A stretch of DNA of 64,000 bases, taken from Betaproteobacteria bacterium (GTDB lineage Bacteria > Pseudomonadota > Gammaproteobacteria > Burkholderiales > SG8-41). Below the pieces are notes generated by a model. That model was not told the origin of the DNA. It ran no database searches and saw only the letters and a program-made list of their open reading frames with translations. Location: assembly GCA_016202605.1 (NCBI GenBank), contig JACQOJ010000074.1:4499-68498 (forward strand). The letters are read 5' to 3'. This document shows positions 27,935 through 37,102 of this stretch, in pieces; within the stretch, counting starts at the first letter, position 1, and each line of letters opens with the position of its first letter. Position numbers and translations under genes: made by a program.

Positions 27935-28891
27935 TTATTTCACCGTCACGCCGCGGTCGGCGAAGTACTTCACCGCGCCGGGATGCCACGGCACGGCGGT
28001 CGCGCCTATGGTCTGGTTCTCCAGCGTCATGTTGGCGGATTCGCGGTGCGCGATGACGAGGTCCTGATGCCGGTCAAAGAATGTCTTGAGAATGTTGTAC
28101 GCGAGCTTCTCGTCCATGCTCTCGTGAACGAGCAGCACGCCCCACACGTTGATCGTCCGGCTTTCCTTCTCCTGGCCGGGGTAGGAGCGCGCCGGGATCC
28201 TGCCGGTGGCGTAGATCGGGCCGTACTTCTTGCGCATCGCCTCGAGGCCGCCGGCGTGATCGATCAGCTTCAACTTGATTCCCGGCGTTGCCGCGACATC
28301 CGTCACCGCGGGCAGCGGAACCCCGGCGGCGTGCATGAACGCGTCGATCTTGCGGTCCTTGAGCGCGTTGGCGGCCTCCGCCACGCTCAGGCGCTCGCGG
28401 GTGATGTCCTTGTCAGGATTGATACCGTGGGCCTCGAGGATGCGCAGCGCCATCACCTCCGTGCCGCTTCCGGGCGAACCGGTGGATACGCGCTTGCCCT
28501 TGAAATCGGCGATCTTCTCGATTCCCCTGCCCTCCGCGGAGACCACGTGCATCACGAGCGGGTGCACGACCGCAAGCGTGCGCATCGGCACCTTGTTGTC
28601 CTTGAACTTGCCCGTACCGTTCAGGCCTTCCCAGGCGACATCGACCATGGAAAAACCGACTTCAGTCTTGCGCGTGGCGATAAGCTTCACGTTGTCCACG
28701 CTGCCGCCGGTCACTTCGGCGGTCACCGCCGTATTCGGCATGTGTTTGGACAGAACGTTGGCCATCGCTCCGCCCATCGGATACCACACGCCCCCCGTGC
28801 CGCCGGTGGCGATCGACAGATTTACCTGCTGGCCGTGGGCAGTGATCGCAAACCCTAATGCGATCACTCCGCCGATCAAATATTTTTTCAT
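27935..28891 (-). CDS. TAXI-family TRAP solute-binding protein (no permease adjacent)
   Basis: ATGGTGGVWYPMG, TGGSVDN, GSPGSGTE, PWHPGAVKYF. AGGAGGAG RBS. Confidence 0.93.
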   Translation of the reverse strand: MKKYLIGGVIALGFAITAHGQQVNLSIATGGTGGVWYPMGGAMANVLSKHMPNTAVTAEVTGGSVDNVKLIATRKTEVGFSMVDVAWEGLNGTGKFKDNKVPMRTLAVVHPLVMHVVSAEGRGIEKIADFKGKRVSTGSPGSGTEVMALRILEAHGINPDKDITRERLSVAEAANALKDRKIDAFMHAAGVPLPAVTDVAATPGIKLKLIDHAGGLEAMRKKYGPIYATGRIPARSYPGQEKESRTINVWGVLLVHESMDEKLAYNILKTFFDRHQDLVIAHRESANMTLENQTIGATAVPWHPGAVKYFADRGVTVK

Positions 28892-28911
28892 GGCTGCTCC
28901 TCCTTTGGGAA

Positions 28912-29583
28912 TCAGAACTTGACCATATCGAACTTGGTCAGCGTCACGTTGCGCGAGACCACCGGCCCGTTGGCGAGGTGCCATGCCGTGTACTGTTCGG
29001 TATAGAGATCATTCGACACGCCGTCCACCGGTACGATGACTTTCAGCCCGCGCAATGCCGCCGCGCCGGCGGTGTAGAGGACCGCGCCGTGTGCCGCCGT
29101 GCCGATGGTGATCACGGTCTGGATGTCTTTGTCCTTGAGAATTTTCTCGAGGTCGGTGTTGATGAACTTGTCCGGCCCGGACGAAACGACAGGCTCGCTG
29201 CCGGTCGGCGCAACGTCCTTCAGGGTATCGGTGATCTTCGCGTTGGGAACCGTCGCGTACACGACGAACATGCCTTTGGAGCGCGCCTCGTCGAGGAATT
29301 TCCTGGCCGCCGGCAGTGACGCAAGACAACGCGGCCGCTTGCCGCAATTCTGGATCACGAAATCCAGCATCAGCAGCGCAGTGGTCTTCGCCTCAACCGT
29401 TACCGGTTTCAACTGGGGCGCGGGCGGCGCCTTCACACTTGCCCACTCGTCCACGATAGTCTGCGCCGACATCGCGGGAAAAGCCAGGCTGCACGCCGCG
29501 ACGAACAGAAGTCCCAGCGTCGATCGCCGGCCGCGGCGCTCTTGGCGAGACTGGACATGCAGGTTCTTGTCGAGATCGTTCAT
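28912..29583 (-). CDS. Secreted isochorismatase/cysteine-hydrolase-fold protein
   Basis: Signal-like N-terminus, TALLMLD, DKF..TDLEKIL, IGTAAHGAVLYT. Confidence 0.82.
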   Translation of the reverse strand: MNDLDKNLHVQSRQERRGRRSTLGLLFVAACSLAFPAMSAQTIVDEWASVKAPPAPQLKPVTVEAKTTALLMLDFVIQNCGKRPRCLASLPAARKFLDEARSKGMFVVYATVPNAKITDTLKDVAPTGSEPVVSSGPDKFINTDLEKILKDKDIQTVITIGTAAHGAVLYTAGAAALRGLKVIVPVDGVSNDLYTEQYTAWHLANGPVVSRNVTLTKFDMVKF

Positions 29584-29700
29584 GGATGTCCTCCGGTGGT
29601 GGGCAGATTATCGAAAAAGGTGCTCAAGGCTAGGCCAAAGACAGGCCGCTGGCAAGTCACAGGGCCGGGGCGCGCTTTATTCCACCGCCGTGGACAGCCG

Positions 29701-30210
29701 CTACGAACCGGCACCCCGTCGGGCGCCGCTGCCGGCTCGAGCCGGCAGCGGCAACGCCGTCTTGTACTTCACCTGCTTCAGCGCGAAACTCGATTTGATG
29801 CTGGCTACCCCGGGGATTTTCGCGAGGTAATCGACGATGAACCGCTCCAGTGACTGCACATCGGAAACCACGACCCGCAGCAGGTAATCCGCATCCCCCG
29901 TCATGAGGTAGCACTCCATCACTTCGTCGCGCGCGAGCACCGAGTTCTGGAACACGTCGAGCGCATTGCGCACCTGTTTCTCCAGGCTCACCTGGATGAA
30001 CACGCTCACCGTGAGCCCCAGCCTGAGGGGGTCGAGCAGCGTCACGTAGCGGCTGATGATCCCGCTTTTCTCCAGCGCTCGGACGCGATTGAGGCACGGC
30101 GAGGGCGAGAGGTTCACCGCCCGCGCCAGCTCCACATTGGACGCGCGTGCATTCTCCTGCAGCCGGCCGAGTATTTTCCAGTCCATGACGTCCAGTTCCG
30201 AATTCAGCAT
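29701..30210 (-). CDS. Lrp/AsnC family transcriptional regulator
   Basis: [30 protein letters not shown]. Confidence 0.95.
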   Translation of the reverse strand: MLNSELDVMDWKILGRLQENARASNVELARAVNLSPSPCLNRVRALEKSGIISRYVTLLDPLRLGLTVSVFIQVSLEKQVRNALDVFQNSVLARDEVMECYLMTGDADYLLRVVVSDVQSLERFIVDYLAKIPGVASIKSSFALKQVKYKTALPLPARAGSGARRGAGS

Positions 30211-30250
30211 TTTATTTCTCCATCCTATTTCTTTTCAGCATTTAATGCTG
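30205..30250. promoter_or_regulatory. Lrp-type operator sites
   Basis: Perfect palindrome CAGCATT-T-AATGCTG (30236-30250) and a related site CAGCATTTTATTTCT at 30205, 31 bp apart. Confidence 0.65.
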
Positions 30251-30384
30251 CATATGGATGACCTGTCAAGACGGTCCGCAACCATCTGCCGCGCGAGCTG
30301 CGCTATCATGAAATCCGATACCGACGTTCCGGATCCGGCTCCAGACCACGTACCACGAGCCACGAACCATGTCCAGAGGTTGTC

Positions 30385-33246
30385 ATGACCGATCTGTCCG
30401 ACTTTTCCTTTTCCGGTTTCTGGCGGGTGCTGCCACGGGATGCCGATCCGGTGGAGACACGCGAATGGCTGGATGCTTTCGACGCGGTCATCGAGTCCGA
30501 AGGCAGCGAGCGCGCGAATTTCATCCTGCGCAAGCTTCTCGACCGCGCGCGGGCGCGGCGGGTGCCTCTGCCGCCGGTGCTCAACACGCCGTACTGCAAC
30601 ACCATTTCGCTCGCCGACCAGCCGCAATATCCCGGCAACCTCGACATCGAGAGCCGCATCATCGCCATCGTGCGCTGGAACGCGCTCGCCATGGTGGTGC
30701 GCGCGAACCGCGAGCACGCGGAACTGGGCGGCCATATCGCGACCTACGCGTCGATCGCCGATCTCTTCGAGGTCGGATTCAACCATTTCTTCCGCGCGGC
30801 CGGTACCGGTGACGGCGCTGCAGCCGGCGGCGGGGACCTCGTCTACTTCCAGCCGCATGCTTCGCCCGGCGTCTATGCGCGGGCTTTCCTCGAAGGCCGC
30901 CTGACCGAGGAACAGCTTGCAAACTACCGGCGTGAGACTGCCGGAGCGGGACTCCCCTCCTACTGCCATCCGTATCTCATGCCCGAGTTCTGGCAGTTCC
31001 CCAACGCCTCCATGGGTGTGGGCCCGATCACGGCGATCTACCAGGCACGCTTCATGCATTATCTCGAGCACCGCGGCATTCTCGAAACCGCGGGCCGCAA
31101 GGTGTGGGCCTTCGTCGGCGACGGCGAGATGGACGAACCCGAGTCGCTCGCGGGCCTGTCCGTGGCGGCGCGCGAAGGGCTCGACAACCTGATCTTCGTC
31201 GTGAACTGCAATCTCCAGCGCCTTGACGGACCGGTGCGCGGCAACGGTTCGATCATCCAGGAGCTGGAAGGCCTGTTCGCGGGCGCCGGCTGGAACGTGG
31301 TCAAGCTGCTGTGGGGATCGGACTGGGATCCGCTGTTCGCGCGCGACGAGGAAAGCGTCATCCTCAAGCGCCTGCACGAAACGGTGGACGGCGAGTTCCA
31401 GAAATACGCGGCGACCGACGGGCGCTTCAACCGCGAGCACTTCTTCAACAAGTATCCCGAACTCAAGGCGATCGTCGCGCATCTGTCGGATGAAGACATC
31501 GACCGCCTGCACCGCGGCGGCCACGACCCGATCAAGATCTACGCAGCGTACCACGCCGCGGTCAACCACAAGGGCCGGCCCACGGTGATCCTGGCGCAGA
31601 CCAAGAAGGGCTACGGCATGGGCCACTGGGGCCAGGGCAAGATGGGCGCCCACCAGGCCAAGAAACTGGAGGACGAAGCGCTGCTCGCGTTCCGCGACCG
31701 CTTCGCGCTGTCGCTTTCGGCGGAAGACGTCCAGAACCTGCGCTTCTACAAGCCTCCGATGGACAGTCCGGAAATGAGATACCTGCACGCACAGCGCGGC
31801 AAACTGGGCGGTTATCTTCCGGCGCGGCCGCGTGCGGCGCCGGCGCTTCCGGTTCCTGCGCTCGCCGCTTTTTCACGGCTTCTCGAAGGATCCAACGGGC
31901 GCGAGGAATCGACCACCATGGCCTTCGTGCGCCTGCTCTCGCAACTGCTCAAGGACGCGCAGATCGGCCGGCGCGTCGTTCCCATCGTCGCCGACGAAGC
32001 GCGCACGTTCGGGATGCAGTCGCTCTTCCGCCAGGTCGCCATCTATTCCGCGGTCGGACAACTCTACGAACCCGAGGACCGCGACGAGCTGCTCTACTAC
32101 AAGGAAGCGCAGGACGGGCAGATCCTCGAGGAAGGCATCACCGAGGCGGGCGCGATGTCGTCGTGGATCGCGGCGGCGAGCGCCTACAGCGCGCACGGCG
32201 TGCCGATGGTGCCGTTCTACATCTTCTACTCGATGTTCGGCTTCCAGCGCGTGGGCGACTTCCTGTGGGCGGCGGCGGACTCGCGCGCGCGCGGATTTCT
32301 AATCGGCGCCACCGCCGGGCGCACCACGCTGTCGGGCGAAGGCCTGCAGCATCAGGACGGATCGAGCCAGCTCGTCGCATCGACCGTGCCCAACTGCGTT
32401 TCGTACGACCCCGCGTTCGGCTACGAGCTGGCGGTGATCGTACACGATGGAATGCGCAGGATGCTCGAGAAGCAGGAGGACGTTTTCTATTACATTACCG
32501 TCATGAACGAAAACTATCCGCAGCCGGCCATGCCGGGCGAACCCTCACCCCCGCCCCTCTCCCGCACTGATGCGCGAGAGAGGGGCGATTCGAGGCGCGC
32601 AGGCCCGCGTGCGCGCGAGGATGCGATTGAAGGCATCCTCCGCGGCATGCACCTGGTCCGTCCCTCTTCCCTGCCTCTGCCCGCGGGAGAGGGTCGGGTG
32701 CAAGGTTCAGGGTTCAAGGTTCAAGGTTCAAAGCTCGAGGTTCAAGGGTTGAAGCGCGTCCAGCTTCTCGGCAGCGGCACCATCCTGCGCGAAGCGCTGG
32801 CCGCAGCGGACATGCTCGAAAAGGATTTCGGCATCGGCGCAGACGTGTGGAGCGTCACGAGTTTCACCGGGCTGGCGCGCGATGGCATGCGCGTGGAGCG
32901 CTGGAACCGCCTGCACCCCGAGGCGCCGCCCCGCGAAACCTGGGTGGATTCTTGCCTCAAAGACCATGCGGGTCCGGCGATCGCCGCAACCGATTACGTC
33001 CGCGGCTACGCCGAGCAGATCCGCGGCCTGGTCCGCCGATCCTATACCACGCTCGGCACCGATGGCTTTGGCCGCAGCGATACTCGCAGCGCGCTGCGCG
33101 CGTTCTTCGAGGTCGATCGCAACCACATCGCGATCGCGGCGCTGAAGGCACTCGCCGAACAGGAAATCCTGCCGGCCTCCACCGTCCGCGGCGCCATCGA
33201 CAAGCTCGGCATCGATGCGGAGCGCATCGAGCCCTGGCTCACGTGA
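30385..33246 (+). CDS. aceE: Homodimeric 2-oxoacid (pyruvate/2-oxobutyrate) dehydrogenase E1, AceE/MdeB type
   Basis: DADPVETREW, LGGHI, GDGEMDEPES TPP motif, GEGLQHQDG, LGTDGFGRSD. No E2/E3 adjacent. Confidence 0.93.
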   Translation: MTDLSDFSFSGFWRVLPRDADPVETREWLDAFDAVIESEGSERANFILRKLLDRARARRVPLPPVLNTPYCNTISLADQPQYPGNLDIESRIIAIVRWNALAMVVRANREHAELGGHIATYASIADLFEVGFNHFFRAAGTGDGAAAGGGDLVYFQPHASPGVYARAFLEGRLTEEQLANYRRETAGAGLPSYCHPYLMPEFWQFPNASMGVGPITAIYQARFMHYLEHRGILETAGRKVWAFVGDGEMDEPESLAGLSVAAREGLDNLIFVVNCNLQRLDGPVRGNGSIIQELEGLFAGAGWNVVKLLWGSDWDPLFARDEESVILKRLHETVDGEFQKYAATDGRFNREHFFNKYPELKAIVAHLSDEDIDRLHRGGHDPIKIYAAYHAAVNHKGRPTVILAQTKKGYGMGHWGQGKMGAHQAKKLEDEALLAFRDRFALSLSAEDVQNLRFYKPPMDSPEMRYLHAQRGKLGGYLPARPRAAPALPVPALAAFSRLLEGSNGREESTTMAFVRLLSQLLKDAQIGRRVVPIVADEARTFGMQSLFRQVAIYSAVGQLYEPEDRDELLYYKEAQDGQILEEGITEAGAMSSWIAAASAYSAHGVPMVPFYIFYSMFGFQRVGDFLWAAADSRARGFLIGATAGRTTLSGEGLQHQDGSSQLVASTVPNCVSYDPAFGYELAVIVHDGMRRMLEKQEDVFYYITVMNENYPQPAMPGEPSPPPLSRTDARERGDSRRAGPRAREDAIEGILRGMHLVRPSSLPLPAGEGRVQGSGFKVQGSKLEVQGLKRVQLLGSGTILREALAAADMLEKDFGIGADVWSVTSFTGLARDGMRVERWNRLHPEAPPRETWVDSCLKDHAGPAIAATDYVRGYAEQIRGLVRRSYTTLGTDGFGRSDTRSALRAFFEVDRNHIAIAALKALAEQEILPASTVRGAIDKLGIDAERIEPWLT
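32542..32750 (+). repeat. Palindromic element and CAAGGTT heptamer array inside the aceE coding sequence
   Basis: CCCTCACCCCCGCCCCTCTCCCGC...GCGAGAGAGGGG (32542-32585), GCGGGAGAGGGTCGGGTG (to 32700), and about 7 copies of CAAGGTT (32701-32750). Confidence 0.8.
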
Positions 33247-33264
33247 GGTTCGCCTGTAGTTACT

Positions 33265-33522
33265 GTGTCATGCCCGCGTAGAGCCTGCCCTCGAGTGCTT
33301 TAATCGGGGGGCGGGCATTCAATTTTCGCCGCGTTGAAATTGGATTCCCATCTTCATGGGAATGACAAAGGTCTGTCATGCCCGCGTAGGCGGGCATCCA
33401 ATTTTCGCCGCGTTGAAATTGGATTCCCGTCTTCATGGGAATGACAAAGGTCTGTCATGCCCGCGTAGGCGGGCATCCAATTTGTCGTGGTTCAGATGAG
33501 ATTCCCGATTGTTCGGGAACGA
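33265..33522. repeat. Cluster of GTCATGCCCG/GGGAATGAC REP-like palindromes with a tandemly duplicated ~74-bp unit
   Basis: TTCGCCGCGTTGAAATTGGATTCCC..GGGAATGACAAAGGTCTGTCATGCCCGCGTAGGCGGGCATCCAA occurs twice. Confidence 0.85.
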
Positions 33523-33532
33523 CACAGCAGAT

Positions 33533-34552
33533 TCAGTTCCCGGGGACAAGGCGCGTCATCGGCATACCGGCGCCGATGTACACGTCCTGGGGGCCGGGAC
33601 CGCCGGCGACCGCGATGTAGATCTCGTCTGGACTCCGGGCGCGCCACACGGTATTCGCATCGCCACGGCCGGCGGCGATTTCCATCTGCGCGAAGTCGGT
33701 CGCAAAGTGCGATACCGGCAACCGCGCAAGTTCCCATAACCGCTGCCGGATGTCGCGCTTGGTAAGTCCGGCGCCATGCAGCGATTCCGCGTGGTTGACG
33801 CCGAGCAGCAGCAGCGCGCCGTCGCCTCCGCCGTACATCGGCGGCATGTTGGTCGCGATCTGGCGCAGGATCTCGTCCGGGCCCACGCCCTCGCCGCCCG
33901 AAATATTGCAGAAGTTCGACGCCTTGAATACGGTGACGGTGCTGTCTTCGCGGGAAAATCCGCGATCCACATGGAACGGCGCCCACGGATTCTCTTCCTC
34001 GTTCTCGCCGCAGATGTAGGAGTAGCGCAGCGGCGAGCCGAAGCTCACCTTCGAATATATGCCGGGCAGCGCGCCGCCGATATTGTTGAGGATGAGGCGA
34101 ATCGCGCGGCCGATGGTCGCATTCGCGCGCCATCCCGGTCCGAGGCAGCCGGTGCCGAAATTGATCTCGAGCTCGTGACGCACCGGTCCGTTGACGAGCA
34201 GAAAGGGCGTCATCGGGTTGGTCGTCACCTGCATGAATTCGAGCGGATAGTTGGGATCGGTCAACCCGTCCACCGCGGCGACGAGGAGCGGCATGTACTC
34301 CGGACGGCATCCGGCCATGACCGCGCTCACCGCGATCGCCTCCACCGTCGCCCTGCCCTTGCGCGGGGGCAGCAAGGCGATTACCTCTTCCGCCGCGCGG
34401 CCGCTTGCGGCAATGAACCGGTCCACGGCCTCCGGTGTTGCGGGGATGATGGGCAAGCCGTCGGTCCAGCCCTGTTCGTACGCGTGCTCGTAAGCGAGCG
34501 TGATCAGCTCCGCTGCCGACGGAGCCTCGAGTTGTTTTTGGGCGTGTGTCAT
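33533..34552 (-). CDS. Conserved hypothetical protein, partner of the UGSC protein
   Basis: GWTDGLPIIP, AVMAGCRPEY, GPGWRANATIGRA, ENEEENPW, VAGG. Starts 13 nt after the UGSC gene with GGAG RBS. Confidence 0.85.
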   Translation of the reverse strand: MTHAQKQLEAPSAAELITLAYEHAYEQGWTDGLPIIPATPEAVDRFIAASGRAAEEVIALLPPRKGRATVEAIAVSAVMAGCRPEYMPLLVAAVDGLTDPNYPLEFMQVTTNPMTPFLLVNGPVRHELEINFGTGCLGPGWRANATIGRAIRLILNNIGGALPGIYSKVSFGSPLRYSYICGENEEENPWAPFHVDRGFSREDSTVTVFKASNFCNISGGEGVGPDEILRQIATNMPPMYGGGDGALLLLGVNHAESLHGAGLTKRDIRQRLWELARLPVSHFATDFAQMEIAAGRGDANTVWRARSPDEIYIAVAGGPGPQDVYIGAGMPMTRLVPGN

Positions 34553-34565
34553 CGAAGGTGCTCCA

Positions 34566-35222
34566 TCATACAGGCACCGAGGCGCGCACCATGCCCTCGG
34601 GATGAATCTGCCGCTTCGCGATGTCCTTCAACCGGGTTTCGATCTCGGCCGGCGGCAGCGTGAGCCCTTCGACGAGCGTGCCGATCATCGCTTCGGCACG
34701 GACGCGCAACGCCTCCGGCTCGAGCTGGCGGATGGGGTTCGGGGTCTCCGCGATGATCACGTACGGGCAACCCTGCGTGGACGACATGCGCCGCGCGAAC
34801 TGCGCGAAGGTATCGGTGACGATCATCGCCGTCGGGATGCCGCGGGCTTCAAGAGCGGGGGTGACGTGGCTACACCACGTCGTGCACGAGCCTCAGTCGC
34901 CGGTCGCGGTGATCGCCACGTCGACGCGGCTCGCGAAATTGTCGAGCGTCTCGCGCATGGTATCGAGCAGTTTGCCGGTGCGAATCGGCAGTTCGCGCAC
35001 CGGCTGCTCGATGACCAGCGCCTTCAGGCGATAGCGTTCCTCGAGCAGGGTCCCCACCGCCTTGAGGATGTGCAGCGCCGAGGGCCGCCAGTTCGGCAGC
35101 AGCCCCACCACCTTGCCCTCCAGCGTCGCGGGGCGCGGCGCAAGCGTGCCGCTCGTCTCCGCCTCGTCCAGGTAAACGGGAAGAGGCGAAACCATCGTGA
35201 GGCGCATCATGGACTCGGACAT
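34566..35222 (-). CDS. UGSC-family thioredoxin-like predicted selenoprotein (Sec at TGA 34893-34895)
   Basis: ORFs 34893..35222 and 34566..34826 are one frame joined by ATGD-U-GSCTTWCSHVTPALEARGIPTAMIV. 218 aa. AAGGAG RBS. Confidence 0.9.
34863..34881 (-). promoter_or_regulatory. SECIS-like hairpin of the UGSC gene
   Basis: GACGUGG-UGUAG-CCACGUC, beginning 11 nt after the UGA. Confidence 0.72.
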
Positions 35223-35278
35223 GGATGACTCCTTTTCTGAAAAATGGCTCGTTTAATACCCCATCGGGGATGGTTGAA

Positions 35279-35420
35279 ATTGGATTCCCGATTGTTCGGG
35301 AATGACAAGAGAAGCCCCCTCGGGAATGACACAAGCGTGTCATTCCCGCGCAGGCGCGTTGTGTCATGCCCGCGCAGAGCCTGCCCTCGAGTGCTTTAGT
35401 CAGGGGCGGGCATCCAATTT
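35279..35420. repeat. REP-like palindrome cluster
   Basis: GGATTCCCG..CGGGAATGAC, GTCATTCCCG and GTCATGCCCG..CGGGCATCCAA units. Confidence 0.8.
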
Positions 35421-35473
35421 CGTGATGCTGAAACTTGATTCAGGTCAAGCATGGGCTTCGCATGGCGCCAGGT

Positions 35474-36379
35474 TCACGCCTTCGTGTTCGCGTAATGGTC
35501 CTTGCACTCCGCTTCGCGCCCGCGCACGACTCTCATGCCTGACAGCGGCCCGCGCGTTTCGGTGACCGCCGTATGCTGTCCCTCGGAGTGGTGATCGTCA
35601 TAAAAATAGATCACGACCCAATCGCGCACCTTGTCCAGCCGGTGCGCCTGCGCGGTGTTCGAATAAAGAGCGGTAAAGTGCCACACCGCACGCTTCGTAT
35701 GCAATACCGGCAGCCATGACTCTCCCCCGGGGTTGAAGCGGCGCGGCGCGATGGTCGGGAGCTTTCCTGCCTCTGCCTTCTCGCGGTACTCCCGGTCCAC
35801 ATCGAGGAGCAGCGCGACCGAAGGACCGTCCGCAAGCCGCGCCGCGCGGGGCGGAGGCACCCGCGTGCGCCTGAGCATCGTGGCGAGCGCGCCGCGAATC
35901 GCCGCCGCCCGCCGCGGCCCCATGCCCGGAACACGCTCCAGCCGCCCGTCGTGCGCCGCCGTTTCCAGCGCCTCGAGCGTATCGACGTGCAGATCGTCGT
36001 GAATGCGTTCGGCAAGACCGGGGCCGATCGCCGGAACGGACTGGAAAAGCGTGACCGCGTCGACCGTCCCGCGCAGGCGCTCGAGCTGGCTCCAGCGGCC
36101 GGTGATGAGTATCTCGGCGATCGCCGAGGCGATCCCGCGCCCGATCCGCGGCAGCGCCTCCAGGCCCTCGGCGCCCTTCTCGTCGAACACGGACCGAACG
36201 CCTTGCCCGAGCTGCACGATCTCCGCCGCGGCATTGCGGTAGGCATTGACGCGGAACGGATTTGCGCCCTGCACCTCGAGCAGGGTCGCCGTCTCGCGCA
36301 GCATGTCCGCAATCCGGACGTTTTCCGCGCGCGGGCCGGTGCGCGGTTGATTCACGGGAGTGCCAATTATTGTGACCAC
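35474..36379 (-). CDS. Helix-hairpin-helix DNA-binding protein with DNA polymerase X N-terminal-like domain (start uncertain)
   Basis: GANPFRVNAYRNAA, LPRIGRGIA, VPAIGPGLA, VPGMGPRRA. No polymerase catalytic or PHP domain visible. Confidence 0.85.
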   Translation of the reverse strand: MVTIIGTPVNQPRTGPRAENVRIADMLRETATLLEVQGANPFRVNAYRNAAAEIVQLGQGVRSVFDEKGAEGLEALPRIGRGIASAIAEILITGRWSQLERLRGTVDAVTLFQSVPAIGPGLAERIHDDLHVDTLEALETAAHDGRLERVPGMGPRRAAAIRGALATMLRRTRVPPPRAARLADGPSVALLLDVDREYREKAEAGKLPTIAPRRFNPGGESWLPVLHTKRAVWHFTALYSNTAQAHRLDKVRDWVVIYFYDDHHSEGQHTAVTETRGPLSGMRVVRGREAECKDHYANTKA

Positions 36380-36500
36380 TGACCGGGATTATATTGCAGC
36401 TCTTGCCCCTGCCGCGCGACAAGGGCACAATCGTGCGGCAAATCCGATCCGTGCGGGGCAACGGCCTCGCCTCGGACTGACGGCGCCAAAGGAGAGGGTC

Positions 36501-36938
36501 ATGAAATTCGCTGGTTTCCTGCATTTGAACGTTCGCTGCTCGAAGAGCGACATCCCCGCAATCGAAAAGTTCTACGGCGACGTGCTCGGCCTCAAGAAGG
36601 GCTATCGGCCGGCGTTCATGTTCGACGGGATCTGGCTCTATGACGGGGACGATCCCATCGTGCACGTGTCGGCGCGATTTCCGGAAGGCTCGATCGCGAA
36701 GAACGACAAGCACACCGGCAGCATCGACCATATCGCGTTCAAGGCGGCGGGCGCCGCGGACTTCCGCAAGCGCCTGAAACAGTTCGGCGTCGCCTTCGAG
36801 GAACAGAACATCGAGAACGCGGGATACCAAGTGTTCCTGCACGATCCCGTGGGCACCAAGCTCGAGTTCAATTTCCTGAACGAAGCGGTTCCGGACGCAG
36901 TGCCATTGGGCACCACGGCGGCAACCAACATCGCGTAA
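36501..36938 (+). CDS. VOC/glyoxalase family protein
   Basis: FYGDVLGL, IDHIAF, FLHDPVGTKLE. AAGGAG RBS. Confidence 0.9.
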   Translation: MKFAGFLHLNVRCSKSDIPAIEKFYGDVLGLKKGYRPAFMFDGIWLYDGDDPIVHVSARFPEGSIAKNDKHTGSIDHIAFKAAGAADFRKRLKQFGVAFEEQNIENAGYQVFLHDPVGTKLEFNFLNEAVPDAVPLGTTAATNIA

Positions 36939-37102
36939 GCGCCAAAGCCTCGATCCCGGTTCATTCATCTGCGCGTGCCGCATGGGGCGTCAACCGTCTT
37001 TGCGGGGAGCGCAGCGACGAAGCAACCCCGGGATCGGCCGCCGGACCAACGCGGGTGCCCGACGTGGGAAGAGATCGTGATGGCGCCGTGACCACCTTCC
37101 GC

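Noticed and set aside
33533-34568. Further Sec readthrough at the terminal TGA codons of the UGSC gene and its partner
   Set aside because: One is followed directly by the next gene's RBS and start, the other by a REP cluster. There is no Cys-motif context.
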